DNA of 64,000 nt, taken from an uncultured Candidatus Peribacteria bacterium. GTDB taxonomy: Bacteria; Patescibacteriota; Gracilibacteria; CAIRYL01. Numbering within the stretch: the stretch's first letter is position 1; every line of letters begins with the position of its first letter. Position numbers and translations under genes: made by a program. Under the pieces are notes generated by a model. It was given only the letters and a program-made list of their open reading frames with translations, was not told the origin of the DNA and did no database searches. Of the stretch, positions 57,779 to 64,000 are shown one piece after another. The stretch lies in the NCBI GenBank assembly GCA_964532505.1, contig CAZHIF010000006.1:13558-77557 (forward strand), given 5' to 3'.

Positions 57779-60700
57779 ATGAAATACTCTTTGAAAAAAG
57801 CAGGAATCCTTTTCGGCTTTGGATGTTTGATGATAGGTGGTCTTTGGGGAGGAATGAATTCTTTGGAAGTCCAAGAACTGAATGCAAAAGAATCAGAAAA
57901 AAATGCTGATCCTCTCGCTGCGATATTCCAAGTCATAAGTGGAAACCCTGAATATAAAGCCGATTTCACCACCGATACGTTAAAAAGTTATTCAGGTCCA
58001 AAGTCTGATGCCTTAAAAAATTGTATTGCAACCGCTCCCAAAAGTGCAGAAAAACAACTCGTCTATGGTGAATACAATCAAGCCGCTGTCGTCAATCAAA
58101 CCACCCAAGAAATCCTCGATGAGATCAATCCTGTTTTCGGGCATGCCGTTCGTAACTCCGAAATCAACTGGGTTTGGGATGGCGTCAATCACCAATACAC
58201 GTTCAAGGTTGCCAAGGGGGAAGAATCTCTCTGGTGGTGTTATTTCCGAAACGAAACCAATTTCTTCAAAAATTTCTTCAAGCAAGACAAGATGCAATAT
58301 GGCCTCGCTGGTAACCCCTCTCTCCTCGATTCCGATAGTGATGGGGTAACCGATCTTCAAGAAACTACCGATGGCACCAACAAACTGGATGCCACTTCCT
58401 ACAAAGATTCCGATAGAGACAAAGTTCCCGATGTCGTAGAAGCAAAAGAAGGAAGTAATCCCATGGATAAGACTTCGTTCAGGGATTCTGATACCGGTGG
58501 TGTACCGGATTATGTAGAAATTATTTTCTATGTCAAAAAAGGTTTGACCGCTGGAAACAGCACCAACATTGCTGATGATGCTCGTGATACCGATGCAGGT
58601 GGAATGGCTGACTACAAGGAAATTTTAAATGGAACCGATCCAAAAAATAGTAGTGATGATTACAATGGCATTGTTTGTACTGCGGTCTATCTTCCTGTTT
58701 GTGGAATCAAAAATAATGAGAAAAAAACATATTCCAATATATGTGAGATGAGCAAAGCAGCTGCCACAAAAGTTTCGGATGGAGAATGTACAACGGTTCC
58801 CGTTCCGGTGCATGGCGTTTGTGGTAGCGCGCATGGAAGTGCCGCTTCTTCTTCTCCCACCACCAATTTATGTGCAATTGGAACCGCTTCTTCTGTTTCC
58901 GGTTCCGGTCCTTGGTATTGGTCTTGTGCAGGAATAAATGGAGGAACAAACGCAAGTTGTTCTGCGGATAAAACTCCAACTCCGGTGCATGGTATGTGTG
59001 GAAGCAGCAATGGAACTACTGTTTCTTCTTCTCCCACCACCAATTTATGTGCAATTGGAACCGCTTCTTCTGTTTCCGGTTCCGGTCCTTGGTATTGGTC
59101 TTGTACCGGCTCCAATGGAGGAAGTTCTGCAAATTGCTCCGCTCCCAAACTTGTTCCAAGCGTCGATTGCAAGAATGGTGATGCTCTCACAAAAGCTATT
59201 TGCAAGGGTTATCAAGATATTCTCAGCCGAGATCCTGAATATGGTGGCTACATGTACTGGTACACCGATCTCCCAAAAAATGGGGTTACTGCCAACGACC
59301 AAGGCATCATCAATGACTTCATTCGAAGTGCTGCCATTGCTACTGGCGAAATCTCTTCCGAATACTGTCCTTCCCTTGCCTGCAAAATTGTAAAAGCCTA
59401 TCGGGATATTCTGAGAAAAGCTCCAGACACGCCCAGTTATAACAAGGCTCTTGCCGAGTTAACCGCCAATGCAACCCAAGCCATTGTCAATACTTATGTA
59501 CAAAATCTCGGAAATACAGGTGGCTCTTCTTCCCCTCAAAACCTCGGAAACTGTCCCGCAAATGCATTTGCTTATAGCGCCAATCTCGGAAAGCAATATT
59601 CCTGCACCTGTCTCGCTTCTCAAACAACTTCCGGTTCCGTTTGGGGGACTGATATCTACACCTCCGATTCCGCTTTGTGTCGGGCTGCCGTTCATGCTGG
59701 ATACCAACAATCGGGATTCCAAGGAACCGTTGTTTTTGAAATGCTTGCTGGACAATCCACCTATACCGGAAGCACCCAAAAAGGAATAACATCTCTTTCT
59801 ACGGGAGCAAAAACCTCTTCCATTCGATTCGTCTCTGGAAATTCCATGGGATCGGGTGGCGGTGGCGGAAATACTGAATTTTGGGTTACAGGGTATGTAA
59901 TGCCAGGACGAATCAATGTATTAAAACCTGAAGATTATACATTATTAAGTGCCATAAACCATGTCACAGCTATTCCAAATCCCGATGGCACACTCAATTA
60001 CGGCTATTCTGGAGTATCCAACCCAGATGCCGAAATGAAAAATTTTGTGAGTGTTGCACACGCAAATAATCAAGAAATTCTTTTTGGCGTACAATGGACA
60101 CTCAACACCCTCAATTCTGTTGCTTCTTGGGACGCCATGACATCTGCAACAAGCAGAACACGATTGGTTAATGAAATTTTGGCAGTAGTAGAAAAATATG
60201 ATTATGATGGTGTGGATCTCGACCTCGAACCCGTTGATAATGGAGGAACGACATTGGCAGGAAGTGCCAGAAAACAAGGATATGTTGCTTTTGTAAAAGA
60301 ATTGCGAAATGCATTGAACAATCCAAAATATAATACCATTGCAGGAAAACGAGCAATTCTTGCCGCTTCGACCATTGGTCCACTTGATGCCGAACCACAT
60401 GCACAACTCATTGATGCTTTTGATCAAATCAATGTGATGACGTATGACATGAACTTTCATGACGGTGACAGCATCGGCTTTGATTCTCCTATCAATGGAC
60501 CATATTATACCGTTGATAAATTGATACAAGGCATGAAACAAGCAGGAATCCCTGCAAACAAACTTGGACTTGGAATCAATTTTGATGTGGTATGCTGGAC
60601 AGGAAAAACAGGACCAGGCGGATCCACAGCAGGAGTCCCAAAAGAAGGTGAACTCTCCTATTCGAGCATGGAATCTATTATTCAAAACGCAACACTTCAT

Positions 60701-61951
60701 TGGGATAGCACCGCACAAATGCATTGGTTCCAAAATGGAAATAAATGGTGTAACTATAACTCTCCTCAATCCATTGCCGCAAAAATAGCGTATGCAAAAA
60801 AAGAAGGACTGGGAGGAGTCATGATTTGGGAAATGGGATTGGATAGCAGTTCCAGAACTCTCCGCAAAGCCGTTCAAGATGCCATTGGAGGAACAACCAC
60901 TCTAAACACGGTGAATGGAACATGTGGAAGTGCGAATGGAACAAGCAGTGCATCGGCTCCCACCACCAATTTATGCTCTTCCGGAACCGCAACTTCTGTT
61001 TCTGGAGCCGGTCCATGGACATGGTCTTGTGCAGGAATAAATGGAGGAACAAACGCCAGCTGTTCTGTCAATAAAACAGGTCTTTCCTGTTCTTCCGATT
61101 CCATGTCTACCGCTGTTTGTGCAGGGTACAACCGCATTTTGAACCGAACACCCGATTCCGGAGGACTTGCCTATTGGGTTCAGGATTTCAAAAACCGAGG
61201 AATTTCTTCCTCCAATGCCCTTGCAATTGATATTAACATTTACAGTGGAGCAAAAGCAGCAAAAGAAATTCCACCCTGTTCCACCATTCGTTGTAAAGTC
61301 ATATATGCTTATGAAACCATATTGGGAAGATTCCCCGAACAAGGCGGATATGACTATTGGTCAACCAATATTTCATCATCTGCTTCACAAGAACTTGTCA
61401 ATCAGTACGTTCAAACATCTGCCTTCACATGGACATTGGGATCCTATGGATCCTGCAGTGCCACCTGCGGAAGTGGAACACAAACCGCAAGCTATTATTG
61501 TAAAAACAATGAAACAGGTTCTTCTGTTGCCGATTCCAAATGCTATGGAAGTAAACCCACTAATAAAACACAAAGTTGTAATACCCAGGCGTGTGCTATC
61601 ACCTATACATGCACCACAGATGCGATGTCAAAAGCCATTTGTGCAGGATATACACGCATTTTGAACCGAACACCCGATTCCGGAGGACTTGCCTATTGGG
61701 TTCAGGATTTCAAAAACCGAGGAATTTCTTCCTCCAATGCCCTTGCAATTGATATTAACATTTACAGTGGAGCAAAAGCAGCAAAAGAAATTCCACCCTG
61801 TTCCACCATTCGTTGTAAAGTCATATATGCTTATGAAACCATATTGGGAAGATTCCCCGAACAAGGCGGATATGACTATTGGTCAACCAATATTTCGGAA
61901 AATGCCACACAAACAACCGTGAACCAATATATTATTGATGCTTCAAAATAA
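57779..61951 (+). CDS. 1390-aa secreted mosaic protein: TSP3-like Ca repeats, Kazal-like, Cys-rich 59-aa repeats, DUF4214 repeats, LCCL, GH18, TSP1
   Basis: Signal anchor MKYSLKKAGILFGFGCLMIGG. Motifs are listed in the findings. The ORF-track start 57596 overlaps tRNA-Glu and the promoter, so it was rejected. Confidence 0.8.
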   Translation: MKYSLKKAGILFGFGCLMIGGLWGGMNSLEVQELNAKESEKNADPLAAIFQVISGNPEYKADFTTDTLKSYSGPKSDALKNCIATAPKSAEKQLVYGEYNQAAVVNQTTQEILDEINPVFGHAVRNSEINWVWDGVNHQYTFKVAKGEESLWWCYFRNETNFFKNFFKQDKMQYGLAGNPSLLDSDSDGVTDLQETTDGTNKLDATSYKDSDRDKVPDVVEAKEGSNPMDKTSFRDSDTGGVPDYVEIIFYVKKGLTAGNSTNIADDARDTDAGGMADYKEILNGTDPKNSSDDYNGIVCTAVYLPVCGIKNNEKKTYSNICEMSKAAATKVSDGECTTVPVPVHGVCGSAHGSAASSSPTTNLCAIGTASSVSGSGPWYWSCAGINGGTNASCSADKTPTPVHGMCGSSNGTTVSSSPTTNLCAIGTASSVSGSGPWYWSCTGSNGGSSANCSAPKLVPSVDCKNGDALTKAICKGYQDILSRDPEYGGYMYWYTDLPKNGVTANDQGIINDFIRSAAIATGEISSEYCPSLACKIVKAYRDILRKAPDTPSYNKALAELTANATQAIVNTYVQNLGNTGGSSSPQNLGNCPANAFAYSANLGKQYSCTCLASQTTSGSVWGTDIYTSDSALCRAAVHAGYQQSGFQGTVVFEMLAGQSTYTGSTQKGITSLSTGAKTSSIRFVSGNSMGSGGGGGNTEFWVTGYVMPGRINVLKPEDYTLLSAINHVTAIPNPDGTLNYGYSGVSNPDAEMKNFVSVAHANNQEILFGVQWTLNTLNSVASWDAMTSATSRTRLVNEILAVVEKYDYDGVDLDLEPVDNGGTTLAGSARKQGYVAFVKELRNALNNPKYNTIAGKRAILAASTIGPLDAEPHAQLIDAFDQINVMTYDMNFHDGDSIGFDSPINGPYYTVDKLIQGMKQAGIPANKLGLGINFDVVCWTGKTGPGGSTAGVPKEGELSYSSMESIIQNATLHWDSTAQMHWFQNGNKWCNYNSPQSIAAKIAYAKKEGLGGVMIWEMGLDSSSRTLRKAVQDAIGGTTTLNTVNGTCGSANGTSSASAPTTNLCSSGTATSVSGAGPWTWSCAGINGGTNASCSVNKTGLSCSSDSMSTAVCAGYNRILNRTPDSGGLAYWVQDFKNRGISSSNALAIDINIYSGAKAAKEIPPCSTIRCKVIYAYETILGRFPEQGGYDYWSTNISSSASQELVNQYVQTSAFTWTLGSYGSCSATCGSGTQTASYYCKNNETGSSVADSKCYGSKPTNKTQSCNTQACAITYTCTTDAMSKAICAGYTRILNRTPDSGGLAYWVQDFKNRGISSSNALAIDINIYSGAKAAKEIPPCSTIRCKVIYAYETILGRFPEQGGYDYWSTNISENATQTTVNQYIIDASK
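58676..58789 (+). other. Kazal-like module
   Basis: CTAVYLPVCGIKNNEKKTYSNICEMSKAAATKVSDGEC, containing the Kazal core PVCG...TYSN.C. Confidence 0.55.
58808..59161 (+). repeat. two tandem 177-nt (59-aa) Cys/Gly/Ser-rich repeats with an 82-nt perfectly identical core; third diverged copy at about 60907..61077
   Basis: Core 58846..58927 is identical to 59023..59104. Peptide: HG.CGS..G....SSPTTNLCAIGTASSVSGSGPWYWSC.G.NGG....CS. Confidence 0.9.
59552..59800 (+). other. LCCL domain
   Basis: CPANAF......YSCTCLASQTTSGSVWGTDIYTSDSALCRAAVHAGYQQSGFQGTVVFEMLAGQSTYTGSTQKGITS. Confidence 0.7.
59872..60846 (+). other. GH18 (chitinase / endo-beta-N-acetylglucosaminidase-type) catalytic domain
   Basis: Catalytic DGVDLDLE at 60206..60229; MTYDM; GGVMIWEMGLD. 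Confidence 0.7.
61133..61374 (+). repeat. 242-bp perfect direct repeat, copy 1 (DUF4214-type module)
   Basis: Base-for-base identical to 61655..61896 (offset 522 nt); checked by eye along the full length. Confidence 0.95.
61430..61594 (+). other. thrombospondin type 1 (TSP1)-like repeat
   Basis: WTLGSYGSCSATCGSGTQTASYYCKNNETGSSVADSKCYGSKPTNKTQSCNTQAC, containing the CSxTCGxG core with six Cys. Confidence 0.6.
61655..61896 (+). repeat. 242-bp perfect direct repeat, copy 2
   Basis: Identical to 61133..61374. Confidence 0.95.
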
Positions 61952-62041
61952 AAAAAGGGTAAATCTTTTTTTGATGTGCTGAATAATCTGGAGCGAAATA
62001 TTTTTTCAAGGCCTTGAAAAATGACAAGTTTCCATTTTCCA

Positions 62042-62051
62042 AATTACGAAT
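62042..62051 (-). repeat. ATTCGTAATT motif copy (reverse orientation)
   Basis: Intergenic, 20 nt upstream of the GT39 -10 element. Confidence 0.8.
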
Positions 62052-62070
62052 GGAAAATACATATTCCAAG

Positions 62071-62079
62071 TGATATGTT
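62071..62079 (+). promoter_or_regulatory. extended -10 element TGATATGTT upstream of the GT39-like gene
   Basis: TGnTATGTT 28 nt upstream of ATG 62108. Confidence 0.35.
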
Positions 62080-62107
62080 ATGTTTTGTTTTCTTTGAATA
62101 ACTTTGT

Positions 62108-63535
62108 ATGTTGTGGTTTTCTGGGAATCGTTGGACATATTGGGAAATGGGAATATTGGTAGGGATTGTGTTTTTGCAAGTGCTTCGATTTTGGAATTTG
62201 GACACGGCACCATCAGGATTTTATGTAGATGAAGCCGCAGGAGCAGCTCATGTTATGTGCTTACTCGAAACGGGAACAAGCTTTCATGGTGATTTTTTAA
62301 AACTATTTTATTCTTCTTTGGGCGGAGGATACACGACCTCCGTTTTTGCTTTGATGCAAAGCGTTTGGACGTTTTTTATGGGAACTTCTGTTATAGACTT
62401 TCGAGCTTTTTCGGTGTTTTCTGGGGTGTTTTCGGTATGGGGAATTTTCTTGATTGCCTCTCATTTTGCAGGAAGAAAGGCCGGGCTTTTAGCATCGCTT
62501 TTACTCAGCGTCTCGCCATGGTTTTTTCTGAATACTCGCATTGCGTGGGATCCTCCTTTGGTACTACCTTTTCTTATTTTTGGAATGGTATTTTTTTTCA
62601 CCGTCCCTCGAAAATGGTATTTTTCATTGTTTTCAGGATTGTGCTTTTCTTTAGCAATGCTTTCGTATCCTCCTACCAAAGTGCAGCTGGCGCTTTTGCT
62701 TCCCCTACTCTTCTTTTTTCAATATCGATTCAACGTTCTAAAAGCCATTCGGCAAGAATATCCATTTCTCATACTGTTTATATTTTTCACAATCCTGTTG
62801 GGAATTTTTTATTGGAATTATCCAGAAGCCCTTTCTCGATCAGAACTTCTAAGTATCACAGGAGGATACTATTGGGACGTGGTAGCGAAAACTCCTCAAA
62901 CTATCATGGGAGTTATAGAAGTGTTTTTTCAAAATGTAGCCCAATATTTTTCGTATAATTTTCTATGGGAAATAGGTGATACCAACCTGCGCCACCACAC
63001 AGGATTTGGCGGAATGATGAGCCTTTTTGAAATTATTGGATCGATTTTGGGAATTGGCTGGCTAATGCTTTCTAAAAAGTATATATCAAAACGAAATCAG
63101 CAAATTTTGATGTTTTGTTTGTTAGGGTATCTCTTTGGAGTGATTCCCGCAGCCCTCACCTGGGACGGATCTCCACACGCACTTCGGGCCATTGGAGCGA
63201 TTCCTTTTGGAGTACTTTTCGCTTCGTTCTCATTTTTATTTTTATGGGAGAAAATAAAATGCAAGATTTGGTCGAAATGGATATTCCTTTTGCTGCTTAT
63301 TCCTGCCTTTTTTTCGGGATTATATTTTTATGATTTTTTCACAAATTATCCTGCAAAAAGCACTGCTTGGTTTCAAGAAGAAGTGTTGCAAATAGCTAAG
63401 GACGGAAAACAAACAGGAGATTTTTCTAGATTTGAAGAGCGCGTTGTTCGTGATAATTATGAACCACTTGCGAAATCATATTTCTTGATGGAATTTAAAG
63501 AAGAGAAATGCATACAACTCCAAACAAATCACTAA
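62108..63535 (+). CDS. GT39/ArnT/PMT-like polytopic glycosyltransferase
   Basis: More than 10 hydrophobic helices; first-loop acidic motif FYVDEAAGAAH, typical of GT-C family 39-type enzymes. Confidence 0.55.
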   Translation: MLWFSGNRWTYWEMGILVGIVFLQVLRFWNLDTAPSGFYVDEAAGAAHVMCLLETGTSFHGDFLKLFYSSLGGGYTTSVFALMQSVWTFFMGTSVIDFRAFSVFSGVFSVWGIFLIASHFAGRKAGLLASLLLSVSPWFFLNTRIAWDPPLVLPFLIFGMVFFFTVPRKWYFSLFSGLCFSLAMLSYPPTKVQLALLLPLLFFFQYRFNVLKAIRQEYPFLILFIFFTILLGIFYWNYPEALSRSELLSITGGYYWDVVAKTPQTIMGVIEVFFQNVAQYFSYNFLWEIGDTNLRHHTGFGGMMSLFEIIGSILGIGWLMLSKKYISKRNQQILMFCLLGYLFGVIPAALTWDGSPHALRAIGAIPFGVLFASFSFLFLWEKIKCKIWSKWIFLLLLIPAFFSGLYFYDFFTNYPAKSTAWFQEEVLQIAKDGKQTGDFSRFEERVVRDNYEPLAKSYFLMEFKEEKCIQLQTNH

Positions 63536-63591
63536 CTCTGAAGTTCAAAACAATGTTTTCGCAAAATTTTAGGACACTTTTTATATTTTTA

Positions 63592-63600
63592 TGATACAGT
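63592..63600 (+). promoter_or_regulatory. extended -10 element TGATACAGT upstream of purN
   Basis: TGnTACAGT 29 nt upstream of ATG 63630. Confidence 0.35.
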
Positions 63601-63608
63601 AAAAATAC

Positions 63609-63618
63609 ATTCGTAATT
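63609..63618 (+). repeat. ATTCGTAATT motif copy (continues as GTAATTT-GTAACTA)
   Basis: In the predicted 5' leader of purN, 12 nt upstream of the ATG. Confidence 0.8.
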
Positions 63619-63629
63619 TGTAACTATTC

Positions 63630-64000
63630 ATGCTTCTTGCTGTTTTGGCTTCCACCAATGGTTCCAACCTTCCCAGCTTTTTTGCTCATGCAAAACAATT
63701 AGGAATTTCTTGCATTTTGCTCACCAATAAAGAAAATTGTGGTGCTGTACAAAAAGCACAAGATGCAGGAGTGGAATCTATTTTTATCGATCCAACAGGA
63801 AAAACAAGGGAGGAATTTGACACTCATATGCTGCACATTTTGCAAAAAAAAAATGTGGAACATATTTTCTGTATTGGATATATGCGGATTATTTCTTCCG
63901 TGCTCACGAAAGCCTTTGCTGGAAAAATTTATAATATTCATCCCTCTTTGCTTCCTGCTTTTTCTGGTGGAATGGATGGCGATGTGCATGAACAGGTCTT
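63630..64000 (+). CDS. purN: phosphoribosylglycinamide formyltransferase (3' end beyond window)
   Basis: Manual translation gives MLLAVLASTNGSNLPSFF...IYNIHPSLLPAFSGGMDGDVHEQV (GSN loop and NIHPSLLP motif). Absent from the ORF track because there is no stop codon in the window. Confidence 0.75.
   Translation, partial: MLLAVLASTNGSNLPSFFAHAKQLGISCILLTNKENCGAVQKAQDAGVESIFIDPTGKTREEFDTHMLHILQKKNVEHIFCIGYMRIISSVLTKAFAGKIYNIHPSLLPAFSGGMDGDVHEQV

Noticed and set aside
61133-61896. Diversity-generating retroelement (template/variable repeat pair) as the explanation for the repeats in the mosaic gene
   Set aside because: TR/VR pairs differ specifically at adenines, whereas these copies are 100 percent identical. 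Both copies are in frame in the same gene, and no reverse transcriptase ORF exists in the window.

Overview
A gene-dense, AT-rich 64-kb bacterial chromosomal segment using the standard genetic code (TGA is a stop, e.g. at 34753..34755). I call about 60 protein genes and 4 tRNAs (Ile-GAT, Gln-TTG, Ala-TGC, Glu-CTC). I found no rRNA, CRISPR array, transposase or integrase. Most genes are housekeeping: mnmA, leuC, tmk, infC-rpmI-rplT, a class A PBP, fusA, leuB, yggS, dprA, ndk, an ABC-2 exporter pair, rpmH-rnpA, an M16 peptidase, leuS, rlmE, tig, a sugar nucleotidyltransferase, nadB, mutL, a complete F1Fo operon (atpBEFHAGDC), rny, nadK, rpe-ylxR-proA-CYTH, rpsT-secE-nusG, a GT39-like glycosyltransferase and the 5' part of purN. 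Several features remind me of Patescibacteria/CPR-like (Peregrinibacteria-type) genomes, but this is inference only: giant surface proteins, a lamin-tail-domain protein, a sigma-region-4/HARE-HTH protein, tRNA-Ile/Ala outside any rRNA operon, repeatedly broken operon synteny, and no Shine-Dalgarno sequences. The items most worth a second look are: (1) a leucyl-tRNA synthetase with a complete alpha/beta serine-hydrolase domain, catalytic triad intact, inserted at the entrance of the CP1 editing domain; (2) a 1390-aa secreted mosaic protein combining TSP3-like, Kazal-like, LCCL, GH18 and TSP1 modules, with perfect internal DNA repeats; (3) an intact-looking but truncated MutS (domains I-III only) alongside a full-length endonuclease-type MutL that is translationally coupled to the atp operon; (4) a CsoR-family repressor variant overlapping an uncharacterised polytopic membrane protein; (5) a dispersed intergenic ATTCGTAATT / GTAATTY-heptad motif; (6) a 1314-aa orphan protein with a 174-aa proline-rich tail. 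All domain calls were made by eye from motifs; no searches or computations were run.
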